From Octopus sinensis (Eukaryota), in NCBI RefSeq assembly GCF_006345805.1, contig NW_021833230.1:17697-81696 (forward strand): a stretch of DNA of 64,000 bases, read 5' to 3'. This document shows positions 42,689 through 56,010 of this stretch, one piece after another. Positions within the stretch are counted from its first letter, which is position 1. The number at the start of each line of letters is the position of its first letter. Below the pieces are notes generated by a model. That model saw only the letters and a program-made list of their open reading frames with translations, made no database searches and was not told the origin of the DNA. The translations under genes and the position numbers were made by a program.

Positions 42689-43458
42689 AAAATACCTACT
42701 ATGAAATTGAACATCGCTATCGAGCAGCCCTATCTAAATTGACAGCGCCATTTTGGAGTCATTTCTAGCTTATGTATTCAAACACTCTAATTTTTAAATT
42801 TTCATGTATAAAGAGAGTCAGCTGTCACCGGCGACAAAGTAAGACTTGGTGAAATGTAGCAAGCATTTTGATCATTGTTTTAGTTGCCTATATAGTCACG
42901 AATAGACGTAGTGACGCTCTAACTCAGAAACACATCTAGAACGCAAAAACTAGAGAGTGAAGGCTGCATCAGACGAGTGCTGGCACACATTTGCAGGGTA
43001 GTAGAACTAAATTTAAAAGTTTGCATAAAAGGAAAGACAAACACAATATCTCATCTAAAAATGAAATTATTTAGAAGAATTTCAAAACATCAATTCGATT
43101 ATGGCTGGGAAGTAACAGTTCACTCAAAGTAACCATCTTCGGTTTCCACCACGGCATGAAAACAGCTCCGGAACTTGGCGCATGTATTCTTCGAATACCT
43201 CTTTGATCTTGGCCACTAGCTCGGTTTTGGTGCTACAAACAGAGCGGTTGGTGTCTTTCTCGTCCGTGCCTCACACATTGTAATCCACGCGCGGGAATTA
43301 GGAGGTCAGAAATTGAAGCTGGTAAAAAGGCATAACTTTATGTTATCGCGAACCGAACACGCTAAACATAAGGCGCTGCGACTTTCACAACTATCGTCTA
43401 CTAATATTATGAATGCTCTATATTAATGCAAACTGCTGCAAAATTCTGAATTTATATA

Positions 43459-43624
43459 GGCGTAGGAGTGGCTGTGTGGTAAGTAGCTTGCTTACGAACT
43501 ACATGGTTCCGGGTTCAGTCCCACAGCGTGGCACCTTGGGCAAGTGTCTTCTACAATAGCCTCAGGCCGACTAAATCCTTGTGAGTGGATTGGTAGACGA
43601 AAACTGAAAGAAGCACGTCGTATG

Positions 43625-43674
<50 letters not shown>

Positions 43675-43900
43675 TGTGTCTGTGTTTGCCCCCCCCCCCA
43701 ACATCGCTTGACAACCGATGCTGGTGTGTTTACGTCTCCGTAACTTAGCGGTTCGGCAAAATAAACCGATAGAATAAGTACCGGCTTACAAAGAATAAGC
43801 CCTGGGGTCGATGTGCTGGACTAAAGGCGGTGCTCCAGCATGGCCACAGTCAAATGACTGAAACAAGTAAAAGAGTAAAAGAGAGTAAAAAGAGAGAGTA
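43459..43900 (+). mobile_element. SINE family B, full length
   Basis: tRNA-like head, central TA/TG microsatellite and 3' (GTAAAAGA)n tail. Confidence 0.93.
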
Positions 43901-44222
43901 CATATACTTTGAGAACCTTTGAAATCTTCTAACAGTTTCAAAGTGTTTTAGTATATTTTAAAATGTATTTTACAATAATCTACCTCAACAGCTACTTCTA
44001 CATTAATCACAACATACGTCTTCTCAGTCCAAGCGAACTTAGATGTTCGGCTCTCGTTGAATCCTAAACCGCCATTAGCACTAGGGCACCATATGAGAGA
44101 GAGAGAGACAGAGGGCTGTGTGCAGGAGAAAGAGGGAAGAGATATTACACGTGCATACAAGCACAACGTAATGCTTGTAAACATAAACAGAGAGAAAGAA
44201 CGAGAGAGAGAGAGAGAGAGAG

Positions 44223-44253
<31 letters not shown>

Positions 44254-45010
44254 AGGAAAGAAGGAAAGAAGGAAAGAAAGAAAGAAGGAAAGAAAGAGAG
44301 AACAGGAGGAAGATTAAGACGTCTGATGTCAAATAAGTCAACGTCGAAACAGCAGCGCTAAATAGGCATCGCCAAAATTCTAGTGAGAATTCTAGTAATA
44401 GCAATCATTTAGCTTTGATTAAACACATTCCTCTGATCAAATACACTCCTATAATGACCAACCCCTCATTTCAGGAGTTTCTTCAGAACAATGTAATCCA
44501 ATACATTTTTTTTCTTATTGAAAATGTAAGGTAGTGTTTTGAGCAAGTTTTGGTTGCTATTCACAGGTTCTCTGGTTGATTCCAGATCCTTCTTGCTGCT
44601 TTTTTTTTGTTTTCGATTGTTTATATGTAGTTTACTGAGAATGATTTTATTGTCTATATAGTTACTATTTTAGAATGTACAGATTTTAATCCTTTTGATA
44701 CCGATCCACCCGAGGCCATCTCTAGTGTTTAAAATGATCTAAATTAAGCTCTCCATTTAATGTTCCAAATATCAGCTAAATAATGACAAGGTTATTTTAC
44801 AAGCTACATTATTTACAAAGTTAATCGAAGCAAAAGTAACGTACTTTAACAGAAATATAATAAAAGAGTGAAATACGCTTCATCGCAATGGATAACACTT
44901 CTCAGGTTTCTGCTCTTCATTTCGAGTTTGCTCTTCACTGAGAGAGAGAGGGGGGGCGAAACGAGAGAGAGAGAGAGAGAGAGAGAGGAAAGCGAGAGAG
45001 AGAAAGAGAA

Positions 45011-45042
<32 letters not shown>

Positions 45043-45212
45043 GCAGCGATGGCTTCGTATTAGCCTGGCATCATATTGACATCCTAAGTGTAAGTTCAAT
45101 TCGAGTGAATCTTTGCATCGCTCAAAATCTTTTATGAAGGCAACGGCAAAGCACGAGCTCACCTCTCTTAGTATTATCATTGTTCTCACCTCCACGAATC
45201 TTTCACTCTTTA

Positions 45213-45628
45213 GGCGGCGAGCTGGTAGAATCGTTAGCGTTCCGGGCGAAATGCTTAGCAGTATTTCGTCTGCCGCTACGTTCTGAGTTCAAATTGCACC
45301 GAGGTCGACTTTGCCTTTCATCCTTTCGGGGTCGATTAAATAAGTACCAGTTATGCACTGGAGTCGATATAATCGACTTAATCCGTTTGTCTATCCTTGT
45401 TTGTCCTCTCTGTATTTAGCCCCTTGTGGGTAGTAAAGAAATAGGTATTTCGTCTGCCGTTACGTTCTGAGTTCAAATTCCGCCGATGCCGACTTTACCT
45501 TTCATCCTTTCGGGGTTGATTAAATAAGTACCAGTCACGCACTGGGGTCGATATGATCGACTTAATCCGTTTGTCTGTCCTTGTTTGTCCCCTCTATGTT
45601 TAGCCCATTGAGGGCAATAAAGAAATAA
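45213..45628 (+). mobile_element. SINE family A dimer with TSD
   Basis: 184-bp period (45261 and 45445). TSD GAATCTTT(C/T)ACTCT(T/C)TA at 45196-45212 and 45629-45645. Confidence 0.93.
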
Positions 45629-48624
45629 GAATCTTTTACTCTCTACCTCTTTAATAATGTAGTCGTGAAAGCATCTCTATCAGATACAGCATTTTCCCGT
45701 CTCCCTGTTACCAGAAAGAAATATCCATCGATTACCACCTGCTTCTTTCATAGCCCCAAACATCGAGTGAGGGTGAACAGCTGCAATAACGATTATAAAC
45801 AGGCAGTAATTGTAGAGCTGAGATGAGTTAAATTTTACTCAATGTATACATAAGAATTTGCTAATAAAAACTATGAGCGAAAAAATATCAAATCCAAGTT
45901 ACTTTCAAAAGTAAAATCGTATGTGATTGGCAGTAAATACATAATTGATTGTATTTCAAATTAGAGGATGGAAGAAATATTCTAAAAAGCCAAATTATAA
46001 GCAATGCCTCTTGAATAATTTAGCATTTTCTGATTCTGATATTCACTGTCGATGGGTTGAGTTCTCGGTATACAGTTTTTACATTTGTTTTTGTAATATG
46101 GAGTTTCTGTATCAACAATATACTGTAAGTACATCATCTTTTTTTTATTGTGTATTTCCTTTTCGAGATTTCTAAAAACTTCTAAATCGTGAGATGGAAT
46201 TATTTTTGGGGGCTTCGAATATTTTTTTCTTTGTTAATGAAGCAAGATTTAGCAAGTCAATGGATAAAAACTTAAAACAATACAGGTTGGAAATTTCACT
46301 GGCAGCTGTTGCTATACCCCACTACAGATGCTTTCGGAGCAAGGGAGGGAGAGAAATAATATTTAGCAGTCTACGAATAAAATGTATGACAATAAATTTT
46401 AGGACAATGAATTGACCAGCGTTATATTTGTACGAGCAAAACGCCCCCCGTCCAATGGACCGTGCTGAGTTGTCAAACATTTAAACCAAATTTTCTCAGA
46501 ACAACTTGTCCGACTGTCCCATAGGCCTCCCCTTTGAGAAACACTGATTTAAACTAAATTTGAGACACCAGCAAAAGAAGAAATAAAAATATACTTTTTT
46601 CTATTCCAAAGAAAAACGATTTTATTCACACAAATATGCAACCGAAGAGTTTAAAGTACCAGTAATGATAAGGCTCTAGACTGGGAGAACACAAACATGG
46701 TTTAAACAGTAAGCTTGGCAGGAAAGAAACGTGCCTTTAAGCAGTACAAAAACAACAAAAAATGGAAGGTGCAGTTATGTACAGGTTGACGGAAGAAAAA
46801 CAGGACAAAAACGGCTTTATCGATCGTCACCTGGAATCGATTTTTGGAATTTTTCAAGACTTATACACGCCCTGATACCGTCGGTACCTGCATATCAAAT
46901 TTGAGCGCAATCGGATGGAGGATGCCCGAGATCCTAGAACACACACGCACAGACAGACAGAACGGATTTTATATAATAGATTACAAACCGGTTGCTATGT
47001 TTTGAAAATATCACGTGATGGAATTACAGGCGACGTGCTTACCGTCATGTAATTACTCGTAATACCTTTACTGTGAACCTACGCAAACACATGCACTTCC
47101 GCTTCTTTACCTCTCATGTATTGTATTCATCATTGTCGTAATGAAATCGTTCACAGTTCTCGAGAATGTGTAAGCATTATCCACTAAGTAGATGCTGTCT
47201 ACGCGTGACGAGTCCAAGGATGTAGTATGTACTAGTAGCACTCCAGCTTTTATCATATAAGTTGCATCCAATACAAAGTAAGATGTTGCACTCTTCATTG
47301 ATCACCGACAACTGAAGTGGCCTTTCACTTTCGTCTTTCCCTCACCATACCTTAGCAGCGGTTGAGTTGAGTTTGACACTTTTGGGTAATGCGACATTCC
47401 TCAGTGTTTATCGAACTACTCTTGTTTGCATTGGTGTATTGCTTTAACTTTACGACACATGTTCATATCTTGATAAACCCGGCTGTCTGACAAAAAGACA
47501 AAAAAGACAAAACATTGTCGCCAGTGGAACCAGCTGAACGTACATTCATTTCTAACAATTTAACGTGAATATAAAATTTTGAAAAGGGCACAGTCAATTA
47601 AACCAAGTATGTATAGAGGGTAGTGTTGTTTAGCAACTACATGGTTTCGGTCAAATCCTATTCCATAACACTCTAGTGTCTTTTACTATAGCCTCAGGTT
47701 GACCAAAAGTTGTGAAAGAAATTTACGGAAACTGTGTATCCGTTTTTAGATGTCAAACTTTATCCATCGCTTGGTTCAACATAAAGATGAGACGCGTTAG
47801 TTATTTTGGCGCAAAATCCAAACAGTCACATGCATTTCGATCAGGCCTCCAGTCCTCCAGTCCTCCAGTACTATCTCATTTCTACCAACCTCGGAACTCC
47901 TCCAACTGGTCAGGGATATTACTTTATATCCTTTGACTAAAGATTTAAAAATATCGACCGGGGTATTTGAATTGTGATTTATTTATCAAATCGGAAAAGT
48001 TCAAGGAAACATTGACCTCGTGGCATTCTCATTTCAAATGGATAATGTTTCTTAGAAGCAATTAAACATGAAAATATTCTAAAGACGGTTAATAGGGATT
48101 TAACGACATAGTGATGCCTTAAGTGTTTTGGAGCGCTGGAAAGTGATAATTGATATACTGGAGGTCCATTGCTTACTCAATGTTCCATAGCATCCGTTGA
48201 TCCAATAAAAAAAAGAGAAAAAAATTTTTAAATGTAAAAGTAAAAAAATAAAGGATTGCGAAAATCTGCAAAGTTTTGTAAGTAAAGGTGATAGAAAAAA
48301 ATGGCGGTGATAAGAGTATGTATGTGTATAAGTGTGAGTGTGTGTGCATGTGTATGTGTATATGACAGTCTTCGTATCTGTGTGTGTTGCCATACGTTCG
48401 TATGTCGGTGGGTATACATATATAATGGTTCCTACAAGAACTGTTGATATCAACATAGACAATTACGCAGAGAAGGTAACAAAACCGAGAACACGTACAT
48501 GGTTAGAAATTCTACACGCATACACACACCCACACAGACACAGACACAGACACACACACACACAAACACACACACACGCATGCATATAAAAACACACATA
48601 CACAAGTATACTCGCATACACAGA

Positions 48625-48679
<55 letters not shown>

Positions 48680-48875
48680 TATATATCTATATATATATAT
48701 ATATATAACATAAGGGACTAAAGCCATCTGAATATGGCTAGGGACAGGGCAGGGTGGTTGGGGTGTTACTGTTGCATTTAGCCCCAGGCGAACATCAACG
48801 TCGCCAGATAGGCTTGACACCATCACGGTGTCTTTTAACCTGCAAAGGGAGATAATTCCCCGATGAAGCGGAAAC

Positions 48876-48926
48876 CACACACGGACCTAGGTTTCAAGGT
48901 GTATTGCCTATCATCAACGTGTGGTA
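48876..48926 (-). ncRNA. Minimal type-I hammerhead, element A left arm
   Basis: Minus strand CACACG-TTGATGA-T-AGG-CAATACA-CCT-T-GAAA-CCTAGG-TC-CGTGTG. Confidence 0.7.
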
Positions 48927-49264
48927 GGCCCCCGCTTCCTCGACGAAATCTCACTCTGCAGGATATTCATATATAGATTTTCAAGCAAAATACATTTGCT
49001 GATTTCGAAAATCTGTTCGACAGCGACGTTGATGTTCGCCTGGGGCTAAATGCAACAGTAACACCCCCACCACCCTGCCCTGTCCCTAGCCATATTCAGA
49101 TGGCTTTAGTCCCTTATGTTATGGAGCAGTTACTGTCTATATCTCATTTAGAGAATTATTATTGCTGTCGAACAGATTTTCGAAATCAGGAAATGTATTT
49201 TGCTTGAAAATCTATATATGAATATCCTGCAGAGTGAGATTTCGTCGAGGAAGCGGGGGCCTAC

Positions 49265-49310
49265 CACACGTTGATGATAGGCAATACACCTTGAAACCTA
49301 GGTCTGTGTG
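49265..49310 (+). ncRNA. Minimal type-I hammerhead, element A right arm
   Basis: CACACG-TTGATGA-T-AGG-CAATACA-CCT-T-GAAA-CCTAGG-TC-TGTGTG. Predicted cut after 49304. The U3.G8 pair and a U.U at the base of stem II are non-canonical. Confidence 0.7.
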
Positions 49311-49525
49311 TGGTTTCCGCTTCATCGGGGAATTATCTCCCTTTGCAGGTTAAAAGACACCGTGATGGTGTCAAGCCTATCTGGCGACGTTGATATTCGC
49401 CTGGGGCTAAATGCAACAGTAACACCCCCACCACCCTGCCCTGTCCCTAGCCATATTCAGATGGCTTTAGTCCCTTATGTTATGGAGCATTTACTGTCTA
49501 TATCTCATTTAGAGAATTATTATTG

Positions 49526-49565
<40 letters not shown>

Positions 49566-49859
49566 TTGTGTGTATATATGTTGAGATATGTTTTTATATA
49601 TATACATATGCATATATATATATACGATAAGTATATTTTTTCTCTAGCATTGATACGACTCTTAATCTGTCTCTTTCTCTCTCTCTCTCTCTCCTCCCTT
49701 ATTCCCCTTCCTTTCTTTCCCTCTCCATCCGTCTTCCCCCCCCCCTTCTACGTTTCTCTATCTCTCTAACCTCCAGCCCCCTCGATCTGTCTCTTTCTTC
49801 TCCTCCCTCGTCCACCTTCTCTCTCTTTTCATCTGTCCCTTTCTCCTGTCTTTTGTTCT

Positions 49860-50362
49860 CACGTGACCGCTAGCCGCTGTTGAGCGCTCTTTTCGTTTCA
49901 GCAGTCGCAGAAGCAACACGTATTTGTTCGTCTCCCTGCGGCCATTAGGCACAACTTCACAAGCCAGCCCCATACTCAACTCGTCCTGTCGAAAGACCCT
50001 TGTCCTACGTCCTGGTTTTGTTTTGTTGTTTATTTTTTATTTTTACCGTTATTGTTTTTACGTTTTTGTATTCTTATTGGTGTCACGTATTCTGTATTTT
50101 TGTTCGTGTACTTCGTTCGTTTTCCGTCCTCGTGTTGTATACATTCGAAGCTTTCTTCCAGGGGATCTAATGCGCTTGGCTTAGATTTCCCTTGCGGGCT
50201 GGCCATATCGGAGCAATCTCAAGATTAATCAGCCGAAATTGCTAAGATGATCTGGTTCTTGGCTGATGACTGAGGGCTTCGAATGTCCCGTCCTGTGGTT
50301 CTTGTGTCGTCTCTGTGGTGTTTCATGTTCTTGTCCATGTCTGTAATTATTTTTACTGTTTA

Positions 50363-50365
<3 letters not shown>
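49860..50365 (+). mobile_element. Unclassified microsatellite-associated structured repeat (partial inverse copy at 55515-55632)
   Basis: TCAAGATTAATCAGCCGAAATT..GATGATC.GGTTCTTG.CTGA.GA.TGA.GGCTTCGAATG is shared with the reverse complement of 55563-55631. Internal inverted repeat ACATTCGAAGC/GCTTCGAATGT. Confidence 0.7.
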
Positions 50366-50403
<38 letters not shown>

Positions 50404-50758
50404 TATGTATATATACATACACACACACACACATATACATACGCGCGCACATACCCAGACATGGACATACATACGCGCGCGCGCACACACTCATATGTAA
50501 CACAAACATAGTCGTACAGCTGCATATGCTTCACAGGAACATAATTTAACGTGTATTTAATTACGAAAACAAATTACTACATCATTTCTGGAGTTTAATG
50601 ATTCAATCTAGAGGTTTCTTCACAGCTTCCTGTTTCTATCTTCCTTCTTAAAGAGGTCTTCCAGACGCATTTCATTTCTCATACACAAACATACACATTT
50701 ATATTAAACATATATTTACTTGTATTTTGATAATTATAGCCATATGGATATCTGTCTA

Positions 50759-50844
<86 letters not shown>

Positions 50845-50992
50845 AATCTATCTATCTATCTATCTATCTATCTCTATATAAATACACACACATACATACA
50901 TGTAGATATGTGTGTGTGCTTTTGCGTGTGTAATGATGTTATATGTATAACGTTAGCTTCATTGAATCATATACATGCATGCATATATATAT

Positions 50993-51042
<50 letters not shown>

Positions 51043-51050
51043 TATATACA

Positions 51051-51161
<111 letters not shown>

Positions 51162-51634
51162 GAGTAAAGGAATATAGGTAACATCCAAACTCTTCGAAGA
51201 TACTTTTCCCGTTATGCGAAAGACGGATAAATCTATTCATCGATTATGATGCTACCCTACTGCAACAAATGTGGTACCTAACTGTCACAAGTAAACTCGG
51301 GAATCTCAGATGATGAAAGCTGTGTTTCGATATTGAGGGATATAAAGGAATAACAAGAGTATTAACGCTAATGACCTTTCTTTAGTTTATAATTAAAATT
51401 TTGATTCATTAAATATTTATGGTTACGGTTCTGCACATATAAACATGCCAATCTGCAGTTAACGTTACGCACGGACGTACATATCCGTTAATGTTGGTAA
51501 CATACATGCACGTATGTATATATGTATAAGTATGTGCAAATATATGTGTATGTGGAAATGTATGTGCAGTTTGTGTAGATATGTATGTAGTGTAGGTATA
51601 TATATATATATTTATATATATATATATATATATA

Positions 51635-51673
<39 letters not shown>

Positions 51674-51844
51674 TGACCCGGCTCTTTAGTGTAATCAAAT
51701 ATATAGCCTATAAATAGACGTGTGTAGATGAATACATCGTACACATATACGCACTGAACATATGCGTTTATGTACATAAATTCATACATACACATATAAC
51801 ATATATGTAAGTATATGTTTATATACATATATAAAGATGCACAC

Positions 51845-51925
<81 letters not shown>

Positions 51926-52625
51926 GTGAGTATGTGTATATGTAATATGTGTATGCATATATGTAATATGTGTATGCATATATGTATTATCTAGCGGTAT
52001 ATATATCTCTCTATCTCTTTCTATTTACATATGTGGTTGTGTGCGCCTCTATGTGGCCGGTTATGTGTGTGCTCACTAATGTATGTGCGTGTTTTATATC
52101 AATTTTCACAGTGTTATGAAAGCTATGCTTTATAGCAGCTTAATATCCGATCATTTCTATTGTCTCTTTAGCAGCATTTACCTATATTGTTCATTTGCTT
52201 TAATCTAGATTGATCTCCACTTCTTGTTTTATGTGTTCGTTGAATGGGGCTGCTAATGAAATTCAAAAGCAAAGGACTATAAACTCCTTCCATTCACCAC
52301 CACTCACCATCACTCACCACCACTCGCCACCACCACCACCACCACCACCACCACCACCACCACCACCACCACCACTCGCCACCACCACCACCACCACCAA
52401 TCAGAAATCACCGTCGGCATCAACGTTTACTCATACGCACATATGTATATATATACACATGTACACACACATACGCACACATATATATCCACTTGTACAT
52501 AATTAAATGCACACACACATATATGTTCGTATGTAAGTATATGCATGTATATATCTGTATGTAAGTATAAACCTGTATATATACTTATTTACACACGTAC
52601 ATCTATGTATACATACATACATACA

Positions 52626-52672
<47 letters not shown>

Positions 52673-53211
52673 GCATTTATGTATGTATATATATATATAT
52701 ATACAGACACATATTAATATATACACATATACATATTTACACACATGAATATATACATATTTACACACATGAATATATATATGTATATATAAACATATAT
52801 ATATATATATGTACGTATATATATATATGTGTGTGTTCATATATGTGCTTATATACGCTTATTAGATAAATAGTCTTTTGTTAACACATTGGAGATTTGT
52901 TAGTCATTTAATAGCACGATTCAGATTTTGCGTTTTATTGTATTTTTGGTATTGTTCTTGTTGTTAATGATCTCAGCCATAGTAGTGGTGGCATATACAC
53001 GTACCGTTACACATATGTGTTTATACGTATTGTACTTCTGTTGTACTTATAGATACGTCTTGTCGACAATGTTGCTAGTGTTAAATCTAATACTATATAC
53101 ATATACTATTAGTATACTAGTATACATACATACACACATATATAATATATATATATATATATATATAATATATATATAGATATATATATATATGATATAT
53201 GTATATATATA

Positions 53212-53243
<32 letters not shown>

Positions 53244-53684
53244 TGTGTGTTTATGTATGTATGTATTAATATATGTTGTGTGTGTGTTTGTATTTGTGCG
53301 TGTGTGTATCACAATACAGTGTTTCATTTTTGCATGCTTATACAGTGCAAGGAAAATGCTGTATGTTTTATGCTTATCCAAGGGCGGTATATATCTTGCT
53401 TATCTAGAATGACCTGAGGTCTACCCAACAATGTTGCCCACGATTCCAGGTAAAAGATAGATCTCTGTCCGTCATATGTGTGCTGCGATGATCATGATTC
53501 CTTATTATTCTAACAGTAGGGAATGCGTGCAGTAACAGTCAGGTAGGTCTATGTTTGACGAAAGAAGTGTTTTGGAAACGAAGTCATTTGTGTAGTATGT
53601 GTAGTTGACACTTCAAATGTCAATAGGAGTAAACTCACTTAATTAAGTGGTCTCCGAAGTTTAATATCGTACCGTTGAACTTTT

Positions 53685-54067
53685 TTTTTTATTGCCCACA
53701 AGGGGCTAAACACAGAGAGAGGACCAACAAGGACAGACGTAGGGATTAAGTATATGAAAGTATATGAAAGTATATGAAAGGCAAAGTCAACCTCGGCGGA
53801 ATTTGAACTCAGAACGTAGCGGCAGACGAAATACCTATTTCTTTTGCTACCCACAAGGGGATAAACATAGAGGGGACAAACAAGGATAGACAAACGGATT
53901 AAGTCGATTATAACGACCCCAGTGTGTAACTGTTACTTAATTTATCGACCTCGAAAGGATGAAAGGCAATGTCGACCTCGGCGGAATTTGAACTCAGAAC
54001 GTAACGGCAGACGAAATACGGCTACGCATTTCGCTCAGCGTGCTAACGTTTCTGCCAGCTCGCCGCC
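53685..54067 (-). mobile_element. SINE family A dimer (second body internally deleted)
   Basis: Same junction in reverse (GGCAGACGAAATACCTATTTCTT at 53821). AAGTATATGA x3 replaces the deleted part. Confidence 0.9.
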
Positions 54068-55232
54068 TTTACCTAGCGTATAAAAAGCTACAATCTACAA
54101 GTAAAGTCCATGTAAGTGTTTGTTCAATATATGCTAACAAAATTTGTTGACAATTTGAAATTTCTGAATTTAAGCACAATTATAGAAAAATGGCTGCACG
54201 CTTTGAAAAACTTCGACTTGTCAGTGAAGTAATTCGCGGGGTTTTTGATGTTTTTATATTAATGATATTTTGTTCGTATTTACATAAATTGCATGTTTTG
54301 TACATTTTATATAGCATCCGCTTGACTTTACTATATTCCATTTAATATTAAAATCAGTGTTATGTGTTTTTTAAATACCAGATGTAGTTCAATAAATTCA
54401 TTGTGGTTTCTTTCGGGCGACGAAGTATGATTAAAGTAACGGATTTTGAATTTGTCCTCGGTCATTCCAATGTATTACTTACACTCCATTGCTCGGTTAG
54501 ATTTGGTAGACGTTTTCAATGCCCGCCAGGAAGATGCGTCAATTGGAACGATATCTCGGATGTAAACAGTGGGCCCCACTTAGAAAGAAAATTTCACGCA
54601 AATTGAGTGACCGGATATGGGTGGGGGGTTCCTTGCTTATTGATTTTTCTGTTATTTTTGTTTTTGTTGTTCTTTGTTGTTCTTTGTTGTTCTTCTTGTT
54701 GGTAGTAATATAGCTATTTTTGCTCATGTTGTTGTTTGGCACTTGGTCAGTAAAGGTCGTGTAGACTTCTGATCAAAAACTTCCCATTCGTGACCATTCT
54801 GCCTGTCTCCTATGAACAAGTAACCATATCTTTTTTCTAATACTTCGTGGAGAACTTCGACTGCTATTCCTAGCAGGTCTAGCGACCACATAAAGGCAAT
54901 GTTTTTGCTGCTCCCGCAGCTATCGTTGTTGACTCTGCTGTTCTAACCGTTTTTAAGTGGTATTATTCTTCTCGTTGCTATTGGTGTTGCTTTATTTGTT
55001 GCTATTGCTCTTGCTGTTGTAACTGTTACTGCTGCTGGCGTCATTTCTTCTATCGATGTTCTTGATAGTTTTGCCGCTAATAATTTTTTGTTCCATCAGT
55101 TGTAATTGTTGCTAATGTTGTTGCCGTTGTGTTACTTCAGTTTACATGTAATAAGACCTTAAACCGCATCCAACAAAATCAAATAAGTACACACACACAC
55201 ACAAATATATGTGTATGTGTGTGTTTGTATGC

Positions 55233-55263
<31 letters not shown>

Positions 55264-55301
55264 TGTATGTATGTATGTATGTATGTATGTATGTATGTAT
55301 G

Positions 55302-55332
<31 letters not shown>

Positions 55333-55636
55333 ATATATATATATATATATATACATATATATGTATCTCTATATGTATATACATATATAATATACATATG
55401 TATGTATATATGTGTATATATATACATACATACACACACACACGCACACAACACAACACACACACACACACACACACACACACCACACACACATATATAT
55501 ATATATACAAAATGAGACAAGAACGCAAAACATTCAGAAGACAATATAAAAAACACGGATGGGTCATTCGAAGCCTTCAATCTTCAGTCAAGAACCGGAT
55601 CATCCTCGTAATTTCGGCTGATTAATCTTGAATATA

Positions 55637-55668
<32 letters not shown>

Positions 55669-55846
55669 GCTTGTTTTTAAAGCTGAAATGTATTGTAGTA
55701 CAAGTAGAAAGTATTTTTTCAACGCGTAAGTACTGATATAATAGCATATACAGAATAAAATCCTTACAGAGAAGAAGAATCTGTCAGCAAACAGCCATGA
55801 GACTCGAACTCACATCCCTTCAATTTCCGGTCAAAGTATATATATA

Positions 55847-55896
<50 letters not shown>

Positions 55897-55975
55897 TATA
55901 TATATGTGACCTCATGTGTACCGTTGGCGATTTTTTTCCTCTGTCTTCCCTTCACTGGATCTTTCCTTCTCCTAT

Positions 55976-56010
55976 GTTTCCGACGAAGAGCTCCGCTCGA
56001 AACGTTATAC
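55976..56010 (+). ncRNA. Minimal hammerhead-like motif (core CCGACGA) in a short element (~55910-56110)
   Basis: GTTT-CCGACGA-A-GAGC-TCC-GCTC-GAAA-CG-TT-ATAC. Paralogous to 24950-25130 (both start GTTGGCGATTT). Confidence 0.68.

Larger units (their letters stand above)
41811..44382 (+). repeat. Direct repeat pair, 41811-42013 and 44135-44382
   Basis: GAGATATTACAC.TGCATACAAGCACAACG..TCTGATGTCAAATAAGTCAACGTCGAA.CAGCAGC in both copies, with a variable GA-rich spacer inside. Confidence 0.88.
48707..49526. mobile_element. Non-autonomous PLE/retrozyme-like element A: inverted arm + 1.4 tandem 361-nt monomers + 45-nt tail
   Basis: 48707-49024 is the reverse complement of 49164-49481 with about 4 mismatches. 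49023-49165 repeats at 49384-49526. (TA)n lies on both sides. Confidence 0.88.

Noticed and set aside
44686-44872. piggyBac-like MITE (TTAATCCTTTTG..AAAAGAGTGAA), and a Tigger-like end at 31432-31495
   Set aside because: The termini are too degenerate or unpaired to support from this window alone.
48845-48876. CCGATGAAGCGGAAAC at 48859-48874 as a plus-strand hammerhead
   Set aside because: There is no room for stem II, it is not conserved in element B, and GAAGCGG pairs with CCGCTTC instead. The supported motif is on the opposite strand.
48512-49769. Duplicated ORF MWFPLHRGIISLCRLKDTVMVSS on opposite strands
   Set aside because: It arises from the inverted repeat, starts at GTG, runs into (TA)n and is not conserved in homologous element B.
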